Part shown: positions 27,297 to 36,023 of the stretch, one piece after another
Layout: each line of letters starts with the position of its first letter
Position numbering within the stretch: position 1 is the stretch's first letter
Assembly (NCBI GenBank): GCA_947177615.1
Contig: CAMWUY010000001.1
Span: 12,828 to 76,827, forward strand
Length of the DNA stretch: 64,000 nt
From: an uncultured Porphyromonadaceae bacterium
GTDB taxonomy: Bacteria; Bacteroidota; Bacteroidia; Bacteroidales; Muribaculaceae
Reading direction: 5' to 3'
Notes under the pieces: generated by a model
What the model was told of the DNA's origin: nothing
The model's input: the letters and a program-made list of their open reading frames with translations, nothing else
The model's database searches: none
Made by a program: the position numbers and the translations under genes

Positions 27297-28787
27297 TTAT
27301 CTTAGGCGACGCTTGTGAAGTCTGCGCGGAGGTACAGAATCCGAAGCTGGAGCTTCATCTTCTTTCTCTTCCGGAGCTTCAGGCTCTGGGTCAGGCTCAG
27401 AAGCTGTTTCGGCTTCACTTCCCGGACGTGCGCGACGTGCGCGGCGACCAGTTTCAGGTGCCGGTGCAGGAGCGGCTGGTGCTTCTTCAGTCTCATCAGG
27501 GTCAGGGTCTTGCCCTTCATCATCTCCCTCTTCGGGATCTTCTTCAGGTTCCTCTGCCTTGGGCTTGGGAGCACGGCGACGAGCCGGTGCCGGTGCCGGA
27601 TCTTCCTTGGGCTGCTCTTTAGGCTGCTTGGCCTGCGCATCGAGAGCTTCATCAATTTCTTCAAGAAGCTGGAGATTGTTCTTTGTGCGAGAAATACGCA
27701 CGTCAAGATCCTTGGCCTCGATGAACATACGGATCTTCTCGCGGAGCTCCTGATATTCATCAGACTTCTCATTCAAGCCCTGATCAACGATACTGTCATA
27801 CTCGTTATAGAGCGAATCAATAGTGACCTCATCTTTGTCGCTATCCTTGCCGGAAGCATTTGCAAGGTCGAAGTGCGATGTATCATCGGCCGGCAGTTCA
27901 CCCTTTAAGGTCTCAACAGCTTCGATAAAGTCAGGCTCTTTGCAGACTTCCATATCGTGTTCCTCATCATATTGCTGGAGGAACGCAAGTGTGGCCTCCA
28001 TCTGATATCGGGTGTAACGATAAAGCTGTTCGGGGAGGCGCGGAAGTTCAAGCAGCTTCTCAGCTTCAGCTTCCGTGATGTCAAGTGTCTTACGACCGAT
28101 TTCGATCGTATAGCTGGTTTTATTATTTTCAGTTTTACGAATGACCTTAACAGGATAAGCGTCAGTAAAACCACTGATAGGACATGTATCCTGACCGTCA
28201 TCGGCCTTTAATTCGGCCCAAAGACGCATCTTGGCCGCATCAAGATCCTTGTACTGGCTGTGTGAACATTGCCATACTTGTGGGCCTTTTGCACGTTCCT
28301 TGTCACTGGAAACATCAAGCACCATGAGCGCGTGCTGATAATTCCAGCGAATACCGCCTTCATACGAAGAACTGGTGAGGAGCTTCATCAGAGCCTCGTC
28401 ATCACCATACATCTCCTTGGCAATCTTAACGTAGGTGTCAAGAAGGTCAACTGACTTACCGACTTCTTTGTCGGTAGTGCGAATGACAGGAATACTGAGT
28501 TTTTTGGGCTTTTTCCCCTTCTTATTGGGAACCTTAATGCCCAGGAAGAACTGATGGACGGCATATTCATAGCCCTTATGATCCATCGGGAGAATGTTAC
28601 CCTCATTGTCGAAAGATGGTGCCAGAGGCAATACGCGGATTGAATACTCGCCGTCCTCGCCCATGCGGAATCTCTCTACTTTGGGGGCGCCGGCTTCTTG
28701 CTTTGCTTTTTCTTCTGCCTCAGCAAAAGTGAGTTGTGTTTGTTTGAACGCTTCAAAAGCGCTCAGTTTTCTTTTTTCTTCGCTCAT
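27297..28787 (-). CDS. gp32-like single-stranded DNA-binding protein with long acidic/Pro tail
   Basis: IRVLP..., CPIS....YPVK..RK....TSY; strongly biased codon use; position next to sbcCD. Confidence 0.65.
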   Translation of the reverse strand: MSEEKRKLSAFEAFKQTQLTFAEAEEKAKQEAGAPKVERFRMGEDGEYSIRVLPLAPSFDNEGNILPMDHKGYEYAVHQFFLGIKVPNKKGKKPKKLSIPVIRTTDKEVGKSVDLLDTYVKIAKEMYGDDEALMKLLTSSSYEGGIRWNYQHALMVLDVSSDKERAKGPQVWQCSHSQYKDLDAAKMRLWAELKADDGQDTCPISGFTDAYPVKVIRKTENNKTSYTIEIGRKTLDITEAEAEKLLELPRLPEQLYRYTRYQMEATLAFLQQYDEEHDMEVCKEPDFIEAVETLKGELPADDTSHFDLANASGKDSDKDEVTIDSLYNEYDSIVDQGLNEKSDEYQELREKIRMFIEAKDLDVRISRTKNNLQLLEEIDEALDAQAKQPKEQPKEDPAPAPARRRAPKPKAEEPEEDPEEGDDEGQDPDPDETEEAPAAPAPAPETGRRARRARPGSEAETASEPDPEPEAPEEKEDEAPASDSVPPRRLHKRRLR

Positions 28788-29277
28788 CTTTAGATAATTT
28801 GCGCGAAGAGATAAAATTGCTCCAATCAGCCTCCTGATTTAAGTAGGCTTGGCTATGCAGTTCTCGCATTGCAGGATCTCTCATATCCTCTTTACGGGGA
28901 ACCTCAATGCCCCATTCCTTTAGGGCATATTCAACGACTTTCTCTATAACGCCGTTGACATCACTTGCTTTCTCCGATTTTAAGTCGCAGTATTCAAACT
29001 GCTCATTGTTTATTTCGACGGTATGAATCGGAGCAAACATATCCTCGAAATATCGGTAGAGTGCAGTAGTGCCGGGATGATTGGGCAAAGAGTCCGATAT
29101 AAATTTCAGCACCACTGAGAAAAAATAGGACAGATAAGGTAAATTCCTATTTCGCGTATCATCACATACAACGAACAGATAGTTTTCATTGTCGGGTAAC
29201 TTTTCACATACTTTCTTGAACTCGTCAATGAAAGTGTGTCCGGCTACCTTTCGCAACTTTCCTTTTCCTTTAATCAT
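28753..29277 (-). CDS. NinB/Orf-like recombination protein
   Basis: RNLP.LSYFFSVVL..I ... IE.V..YA..EWGI.VP pattern. Confidence 0.5.
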   Translation of the reverse strand: MIKGKGKLRKVAGHTFIDEFKKVCEKLPDNENYLFVVCDDTRNRNLPYLSYFFSVVLKFISDSLPNHPGTTALYRYFEDMFAPIHTVEINNEQFEYCDLKSEKASDVNGVIEKVVEYALKEWGIEVPRKEDMRDPAMRELHSQAYLNQEADWSNFISSRKLSKDERRKKKTERF

Positions 29278-29333
29278 GTCTTCATACTGGTCATGTCATT
29301 TGGTTTTCGTTGCTGTCATCAGGTTTTCGATGG

Positions 29334-29364
29334 CAAAATTAAGAAAACAATTTGAGATGTCAAA
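29334..29364 (-). promoter_or_regulatory. Bacteroidetes sigma-A promoter of the replication operon
   Basis: TTTG-19 nt-TAATTTTG on the minus strand. Confidence 0.75.
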
Positions 29365-29554
29365 ATATTTTTGAAAAAATTTTTATACCTGAACACTAAA
29401 AATCACTTATATTACTGGTTTACAGATTTATAAATTTATTGCATGATGTATAGTATTGCTGCCTCACGCGCATACGAACCTTATAAATGCAAAAGGTTTT
29501 GAATGTGAACAAAAGTTAAAAATAAACACACATCTACATTTTATCGCAAAAATA

Positions 29555-29586
29555 TTTGGAGCAATCAGAAATTAGCATTACCTTTG
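29555..29586 (+). promoter_or_regulatory. Bacteroidetes sigma-A promoter (divergent)
   Basis: TTTG-20 nt-TACCTTTG. Confidence 0.8.
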
Positions 29587-29589
29587 CAT

Positions 29590-30210
29590 CGCAATGTTGA
29601 ATTGGTGCCTCAACAATGCGGACATACGGAATATACGTTGAGTCCGTTAGGCTCATTCAATATATTGCAAATCCCCCGCAATCTGGCACCACCTTTGAGA
29701 TTGCGAGGGATTTTCTTTATCCCCCAATATCCCAATATTTCCCGGTGCCAGCTTTGAGTGTTTCAAGCAACGACCGGTACAACATCAAAAGCCGTAGCGG
29801 GCCTTTAGCTTCTGCAACATGGCAATCCGGCACAACAACGATGCACGGGTAGATGATTGCAAAGTTAATGCAAAAAGCAGTCGTTGGCAAGTAGATGAAA
29901 CACTCTGGGACGAAAAATCCATAGGGAGCGGCAAATGATAATGCCAAGGCTCTATGAGCCGAGAGATAACTTCAAGAACACCTATGGTGCTGACGGCATA
30001 TTCACAACCCACCGGGCACGTCTGAGACTCGCAGGGATATAGCGAGAGTCGCGGGGTAGGGATGATGATCCGCATTATCATCATTAGGCAAGTGCGACTA
30101 TAAATAAGATTTTGCCCTGTGCAACAGTATAACTGTACGCAATGAATAAAGCAATGCACAGCGAGTAGGGCGAAACTTCAGTTTAACCCCCTATAAGGGG
30201 TAACTGTGTT
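29590..30210 (+). ncRNA. candidate structured non-coding RNA / leader
   Basis: No convincing ORF; many nested stems directly after the promoter. Confidence 0.5.
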
Positions 30211-30290
30211 CGTAAACTACCGCAATGAATATTTTTTTGAGCGCACACGAGCGCAAGTGATGAAAGCAGTGTTTCTTAAAAACTTCAGCA

Positions 30291-30491
30291 ATGAAAGAGA
30301 AGAAACAAGATCTTTTAATTGTTTTACTGCTGATATTACTTGCGTTTTCTTTGGTCTTGAACTGGCTCCAAGGAGAACAAGTCAGCAGACTGATGAATGA
30401 GATGAGAGATATGGAATATATACAGTCCGTACTCTCATCACACATCGAAGAACTGGAGCGTGGGGAGGGCGAAGAGTATGGAAACGAATAA
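30291..30491 (+). CDS. small membrane protein
   Basis: N-terminal hydrophobic helix. Confidence 0.55.
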   Translation: MKEKKQDLLIVLLLILLAFSLVLNWLQGEQVSRLMNEMRDMEYIQSVLSSHIEELERGEGEEYGNE

Positions 30492-30873
30492 CTATACTCT
30501 TAATGACGTGAGAAGGGCTGTCAATGTGCTCGAAAATCACAGTCACACCAGAGATTATCAGGCTCTGGAAGAAATCTTGCCCTTGGTGCTTGTAATCCTC
30601 AAATCCCAGGCTAGAAAAACTTATCTATCAGAAGGGTCTAACAAATTTTATGCTCCAATTTGGGTAGATACCCTTTTGGAACGTCTTAGCACAGATGAGC
30701 ACCCTCTATCTGAGGAAGAGTATCATGCGTTCCGAGCCGATGTTGAAAAGTTGTCTATAAATGATTATAAAGCAGCTGATGATGACTTGTTCGGCTATAT
30801 ACCGGTTTTCACTTCTATAGAAGGGATTACAGAAGTGATACTGGCGTTGAAGCATTACTTCGGGTTTCTTTAA
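30478..30873 (+). CDS. hypothetical protein
   Basis: METNN start overlapping the upstream gene. Confidence 0.6.
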   Translation: METNNYTLNDVRRAVNVLENHSHTRDYQALEEILPLVLVILKSQARKTYLSEGSNKFYAPIWVDTLLERLSTDEHPLSEEEYHAFRADVEKLSINDYKAADDDLFGYIPVFTSIEGITEVILALKHYFGFL

Positions 30874-30926
30874 TCTATTATTAGGTGCCGGGCATAGTGT
30901 CATGTCCGGCCCAAACTTTATAATTT

Positions 30927-33194
30927 ATGGAAGAATCAAAAACCATTAAATCAGATGATAACCCTTCAGGTAATCCCGGCATGACAGTCGAGGAATGGCT
31001 GAATGGTGAACCGCTATCGGTTGATATTTGGCATGGCAAGTATCAACAGGGAAATGAGACTTTTGAGCAATGGCTTGATCGTGTATCGGGAGGCAATCAA
31101 CACATCCGGCAGTTGATCAAAGAGCAAAAATTCATCTTTGCTGGCAGAATACTCTCAAATCGAGGGGTCACTGACAGAAAGATTACTTACAGTAACTGCT
31201 ATTGCCTCACTCCACCCCAGGATTCTCTTGAATCTATCTTTGAAGCCGGATCTAAACTGGCTCGTACATTCAGTTATGGAGGTGGAAGTGGTGTTGATGT
31301 AAGCAATCTTCGCCCCAAAAACGCCCCGGTCAACAATGCAGCTAAAAGCACATCTGGAACTGTAAGTTTCATGGACTTTTACAGTTACATAACCGGCCTT
31401 ATCGGTCAGGAAGGGCGACGTGGAGCGTTGATGATTAGCATTTCGTGTGAACATCCAGACCTTGTGGAATTTATCAATCTGAAATCAGACCTTGATATTT
31501 GCACAAAGGCGAATATTTCAGTGCGTGTAACCAATGCGTTTATGCAGGCAGTAGAAAGCAATTCAGATTTCAAACTTCATTTCACAATGGAGGACGGTTC
31601 TGAGATTACCAGAATCGTTAATGCGAGAGAAGTCTTTATGCTTCTGGCAAAACGTAACTGGGAAATGGCAGAGCCTGGTATTCTTTACTGGGATAGAATC
31701 TCTGACTACAATCTTCTTCAGGGAACTGGCTTTAAGTATGCAGGAGTGAATCCTTGTGCCGAAGAGCCTCTTCCGGCTGGTGGTTCTTGCCTTCTTGGAA
31801 GTATCAACCTATCCAAGTTTGTAGAATACCCATTTACGGATTATCCAATCATCAAATATGATGAGCTGGCAAAAACCGTAGAAAGCGCAATTTGTGCGTT
31901 AAACGATGTTCTGATAGAAGGATTGCCGCTACATCCTCTTCAGGAACAACGTGATTCTGTTGCCGGCTGGCGGCAGATAGGTCTGGGAACTATGGGTCTG
32001 GGCGATTTGTTGTTGATGTGTGGCAAGAAATATGGGGCACCTGAGTCTATTCCAGTTATTACAAAAATTTATCATCTTATAGCAAGTACGGCTGTCAAAA
32101 CAACGCTTCAACTTGCTAAAGATAACGGATGTTTCCCGAATTGCACTCCTGAAATCAAAAAAGCAATGGTCGAGTGCGATTTTATTCGCAATCTCGATCT
32201 TCCTAAAGAAGTGCTGGATGACATTAAGGAATATGGCCTCTTCAACTCTCAGCTCTTGACTTGCGCGCCTACCGGTTCTATAGGCACAATGCTTCAAATT
32301 AGCACTGGTGTTGAACCTAACTACTCTTTCACTGCATATAGCCGTCGTACAGAATCGCTTAACAAGGAAGAAACAGTCTATAAGGTTGATTCAAAGATTG
32401 TTGCTGAATATAAAAGAGTTACGGGAAATGATATATTACCCGATTACTTTGTGTCGGCAGAGCAGATTCCTTACGAGCAGCGCATAGAGGTTCAAGCTAT
32501 TCTCCAACGCTTCATTGATGCTTCTATTAGCTCTACTGTCAACTTACCTAATTCTATCACTATTGAAGATGTAGCCAACTTATATCTTGTGGCGTGGAAG
32601 AAGGGCCTGAAAGGTATCACGATATGGCGTGATGGTTGCCAGCGTCAAGCAATTTTGACCAAGGAAAATAGTGGATCGGAAGAACAACCAGTCCTCAAAC
32701 GTGGCGAAATCCTAAAAGCCTCTGATGACCTTGTGGGAAAGAAGAGAACCCTACAAACTGGGTGCGGCACTCTTCATCTGTCCGCTTGGTTTGACAAGAA
32801 CACTGGAGAATTGGTTGAGACATTCTTCAGTAAAGGTTCAACTGGGGGGTGTGCGCTGTTTATGACCGGTCTTTCTCGCATGACTTCTTTGGCGGCCCGT
32901 GCCGGCGCTCCGATAGATGCAATCGTAGATCAACTTTTATCAAGTGGCACTTGCCCGTCTTATGCAGTGAGAAAAGCCACAAAGAAAGATACATCCAAGG
33001 GATCCAGTTGTCCGGTTGCCATTGGATATGCTCTGATGGAGATGTATAAGGACGTGCAATCTGAACTTGGCAAAACTGAATCTGAAAAGGAAGCTACAGT
33101 TGAAGCTCCCAAATGTCCTAAATGTGGCGAGCCTATTCAGATGGTTGAAGGCTGTATGACTTGCCCTTCATGCGGTTATTCTAAATGCAGTTGA
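30927..33194 (+). CDS. nrdJ: class II (adenosylcobalamin-dependent) ribonucleotide reductase
   Basis: SNCY, GRRGA, NPCAE, CLLGSINL, APTG, C-terminal TSCPD-like domain and CPKC...CPSC. Confidence 0.92.
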   Translation: MEESKTIKSDDNPSGNPGMTVEEWLNGEPLSVDIWHGKYQQGNETFEQWLDRVSGGNQHIRQLIKEQKFIFAGRILSNRGVTDRKITYSNCYCLTPPQDSLESIFEAGSKLARTFSYGGGSGVDVSNLRPKNAPVNNAAKSTSGTVSFMDFYSYITGLIGQEGRRGALMISISCEHPDLVEFINLKSDLDICTKANISVRVTNAFMQAVESNSDFKLHFTMEDGSEITRIVNAREVFMLLAKRNWEMAEPGILYWDRISDYNLLQGTGFKYAGVNPCAEEPLPAGGSCLLGSINLSKFVEYPFTDYPIIKYDELAKTVESAICALNDVLIEGLPLHPLQEQRDSVAGWRQIGLGTMGLGDLLLMCGKKYGAPESIPVITKIYHLIASTAVKTTLQLAKDNGCFPNCTPEIKKAMVECDFIRNLDLPKEVLDDIKEYGLFNSQLLTCAPTGSIGTMLQISTGVEPNYSFTAYSRRTESLNKEETVYKVDSKIVAEYKRVTGNDILPDYFVSAEQIPYEQRIEVQAILQRFIDASISSTVNLPNSITIEDVANLYLVAWKKGLKGITIWRDGCQRQAILTKENSGSEEQPVLKRGEILKASDDLVGKKRTLQTGCGTLHLSAWFDKNTGELVETFFSKGSTGGCALFMTGLSRMTSLAARAGAPIDAIVDQLLSSGTCPSYAVRKATKKDTSKGSSCPVAIGYALMEMYKDVQSELGKTESEKEATVEAPKCPKCGEPIQMVEGCMTCPSCGYSKCS

Positions 33195-33198
33195 CCTT

Positions 33199-33657
33199 AT
33201 GCTGAAGTTTAGTGATATAGTGATAGGATTACAAGAGATTCCGGGAGAGGTGTCTCTTGTAATCAATATCACTAACTGTCCTTTTCGGTGTAAAGGGTGC
33301 AATGCAAAGAAGCTCTGGGAGGATATCGGGGAGCCATTGTCTTACGAAAGCCTCAATATGCTGATAGATTCCACTCTGCAAGACATTACTTGCGTTCTCT
33401 TTATGGGTGGAGATATAGCACCGGATGAGATCAATGAACTTGCCAGTCATATTCGTGCTAACTATCCTGAATTGAAAATCGGATGGTACAGTGGTGGAGA
33501 AACCATAACTGTCTTTACGGAATATAAAAATTTCGATTATTTGAAATTTGGCCCATTTATCAAAAAGTTAGGGTCTTTGACTTCTCCAAAGACTAATCAA
33601 CGGCTATATAAAGTCGAAGGAGGGGTGTTAAGGAATATTACTCGGCTTTTATGGTAA
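33199..33657 (+). CDS. nrdG: anaerobic RNR activating protein (radical SAM, NrdG-like)
   Basis: QEIPGE.SL...I.NCPFRCKGC, FMGGD, WYSG, DYLK.GP, TNQRLY. Confidence 0.85.
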   Translation: MLKFSDIVIGLQEIPGEVSLVINITNCPFRCKGCNAKKLWEDIGEPLSYESLNMLIDSTLQDITCVLFMGGDIAPDEINELASHIRANYPELKIGWYSGGETITVFTEYKNFDYLKFGPFIKKLGSLTSPKTNQRLYKVEGGVLRNITRLLW

Positions 33658-33667
33658 ATTCAACAAG

Positions 33668-33722
33668 CAAAATGAAATCACAACCATTTGGCAGTAAGCT
33701 GGTGGTTGTGATTTTTCATTTG
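33668..33722 (+). terminator. terminator after nrdG
   Basis: aaatcacaacca / tggttgtgattt followed by T-rich sequence. Confidence 0.7.
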
Positions 33723-33750
33723 TCGTTATGCAAGATTTTTACTAATTTTG
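33719..33750 (+). promoter_or_regulatory. Bacteroidetes sigma-A promoter of the moron
   Basis: TTTG-20 nt-TAATTTTG. Confidence 0.75.
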
Positions 33751-33778
33751 CGTTGCTTTCCGTACATTGTATTGAAAG

Positions 33779-33941
33779 TGACATAGCCTAATTCGCGTCG
33801 AAATCACCACCTCGAAAAGAAGAAGGCATTATTCCACTTTAGGTAGGTCTGCGCATAAGCGTGGAGCCTGCCTTGTGGAATATGGTTTGTGGTGAACCAC
33901 GACGCGAAAGGCAATGGCTCTACGCTTTTTCGTGTATGTCA
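33779..33941 (+). ncRNA. structured 5' leader RNA with possible pseudoknot
   Basis: Five nested stems plus a 12-bp alternative pairing. Confidence 0.65.
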
Positions 33942-33978
33942 TTGTCATTTTGAGAGATATATTAACAACTAATTCAAA

Positions 33979-34344
33979 ATGACTATGAGACAGTCGGTAT
34001 TCATCTTTTTGATCGCCCTGTTGCTGGGTGCTTGCAGCAACAACGACACTTCCACCCCAGAATGGGAATATAACATCGTTTCCTTTGAAGGATCCAAACT
34101 CCCAACTGTTTATAGCCCCAATGATAAAGAGGCTTTAATTGAACTGAGCGATTCCCAGCCCTTACATTTCCCGGAAGCATCAAGTATTCCCAACTCTCTT
34201 AATCTATATGGTAAAGAAGGATGGGAATTGGTGAATGTCTATACTACTGTAGAAACAGTATATCCAAAATCTGAGAATGATGCAAATACTCGGACCAATA
34301 CAATTAACTTTGTATTTAAGCGTATCAAGCAGAGGGATAAGTAG
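33979..34344 (+). CDS. lipoprotein with DUF4177-like motif
   Basis: Lipobox LLGA-C; EWEY.IV...LN.YG.EGWELV. Confidence 0.75.
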   Translation: MTMRQSVFIFLIALLLGACSNNDTSTPEWEYNIVSFEGSKLPTVYSPNDKEALIELSDSQPLHFPEASSIPNSLNLYGKEGWELVNVYTTVETVYPKSENDANTRTNTINFVFKRIKQRDK

Positions 34345-34772
34345 TGGCAAAAAAGAAATGCGATTCTAAGTCGGCGCCACTGGTAAAATGTCTGATATGT
34401 GGAGAGACTCTTAAAGTCACTAAGTGGCGCAAACACTTGGCTCGGTTTCACGATAAGACAGATAATCCGAACTTCAGAGATTTCTTTGTCATTCTGAAAC
34501 ATCTATCTCGTTCAAAAATCAAGTGTCGTTTATGTGATCAGGTAATCACACTGACAGACTGGGAATATCATTTGAGAGTGAAGCATGGATTAAAAAATGA
34601 TTTAAGACTCAAAGATTTTTACATAGGTCAAGACTCTTCTACCCAGATTGCAAATAAATCGTGGTATAATCCACAGTCTAAAGAAGATTTACCTTGTGGC
34701 ACCATTGTTAATGGTCCACCACCAATCAAGATTATTTACAACTCAATATTTTCAAGCAGGAAGAAATTTTAA
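34344..34772 (+). CDS. tandem C2H2 zinc-finger protein
   Basis: CLIC-x11-H-x4-H and CRLC-x11-H-x4-H. Confidence 0.65.
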   Translation: MAKKKCDSKSAPLVKCLICGETLKVTKWRKHLARFHDKTDNPNFRDFFVILKHLSRSKIKCRLCDQVITLTDWEYHLRVKHGLKNDLRLKDFYIGQDSSTQIANKSWYNPQSKEDLPCGTIVNGPPPIKIIYNSIFSSRKKF

Positions 34773-34792
34773 TAACAAATGCACCGGGCTAT

Positions 34793-35239
34793 TCACTCGG
34801 TGCATTGTTTTACAGCTTCATGTATGTAATGACTGTTTCTGGCATAGTAAACAGCATCTTTGAGAGTCCATCCCGTAGGACGTAAGGGCTTTAGTCCAAA
34901 TCTTCGATATGAGATCAATGCCCTGCGGAAACGTGCGGTTTTGAAAGCCGGATTTTGGCTATTCAGAGCAATGGTTTCGATGACATGATAACTGATAGCG
35001 CGACTCCTATCTGCCGATTTTATAACATTGCGGTACTCCATAAGTAAAATATACTCAACTGGAGCGTACACAAATAGGAAATGGCCTATAGCAGTTTCGT
35101 GAAACTTGACCCTATTCTTCCGGCTGCTCGTTTTCGGTCCCGGTTTCTTTTTTCTTTTTTGGCTTTTGCTTCGGGGCTGAGGTATCGGCTGCTGCCATAG
35201 CCTCTCTTTCTCCCCGGCTCTGAACTTGATCTCCAGCAT
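34793..35239 (-). CDS. basic hypothetical protein
   Basis: End of the late operon; start codon uncertain. Confidence 0.55.
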   Translation of the reverse strand: MLEIKFRAGEKERLWQQPIPQPRSKSQKRKKKPGPKTSSRKNRVKFHETAIGHFLFVYAPVEYILLMEYRNVIKSADRSRAISYHVIETIALNSQNPAFKTARFRRALISYRRFGLKPLRPTGWTLKDAVYYARNSHYIHEAVKQCTE

Positions 35240-35360
35240 TGGCTTCAGGGATTACTTCGGATATTGCCGGCTTTTCGTTTGACTTTTCGGCCGACTGATT
35301 TTCCATTTGTTTCTGTTTTCTCTGATAGGCATAGTCATTGCCCAGGTTGTGAACTTTCAT
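35112..35360 (-). CDS. small low-complexity protein
   Basis: Operon packing. Confidence 0.5.
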   Translation of the reverse strand: MKVHNLGNDYAYQRKQKQMENQSAEKSNEKPAISEVIPEANAGDQVQSRGEREAMAAADTSAPKQKPKKKKETGTENEQPEE

Positions 35361-35378
35361 ATTATGTTGAATTTGAAA

Positions 35379-36023
35379 TTAATATTCAGTATCTGTAATT
35401 ATGATATTGATTTTATTGAAGTTGATCATAAACTTAGACATGATGTTTCGGATATCGCGCTCATAATCCTCATGGTTATAATTGACGGTATCGACAATGG
35501 CTGGCGCATAGACATTGGTCTGGTCAATCGACTCCAGATAATCATCATTGTACTTTTTGCCATTATCTTCATTATCCCATAATAGAGCATTGTTCCATAG
35601 CATACGATTCTCCCACAAGCCGGTATTGATGCAAGTGAGATTCATATTCATACTCACCAGAGGCTCTGTATCAACATTCCATCTAAGCGCATTATCCCAG
35701 TGTAGTCCATTTCTCCAGACATTACTGCTAAAACAGGATAAGGATTCATTTATACCCTGAGTGATAAAGAAGTTGTCGTTCTCTTTAAGGAAATGGTACT
35801 GAAGGCGATACTTCAGATACCACTCTAATGATGATTTTTGAGCGGTTATGTGACATTCGATATACCGTTGCAACGCCCACGCCTTAAATTGACTGTGAGC
35901 AGAAGCTATTGGACTGAGAATGGCTTGCAGGAGCAAGGAGATTTTCTTTCCCCTGGCCCAAAACGGCAATAATCGGCCGATCAACTTGGCATTATCAATA
36001 TTTGCAAAATCAATATTTATCAT
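35379..36023 (-). CDS. baseplate wedge (gpI-like) protein with two tri-Trp repeats
   Basis: L...LLP...R....L.LL..I..P, Q..SLEWYL; follows the baseplate J-like gene. Confidence 0.65.
   Translation of the reverse strand: MINIDFANIDNAKLIGRLLPFWARGKKISLLLQAILSPIASAHSQFKAWALQRYIECHITAQKSSLEWYLKYRLQYHFLKENDNFFITQGINESLSCFSSNVWRNGLHWDNALRWNVDTEPLVSMNMNLTCINTGLWENRMLWNNALLWDNEDNGKKYNDDYLESIDQTNVYAPAIVDTVNYNHEDYERDIRNIMSKFMINFNKINIIITDTEY

Noticed and set aside
29590-30210. CRISPR array, tmRNA or protein-coding ORFs (29616+, 29717-, 29785-)
   Set aside because: No regularly spaced repeats, no tRNA-like ends, and the ORFs overlap in conflicting frames with no recognisable motifs
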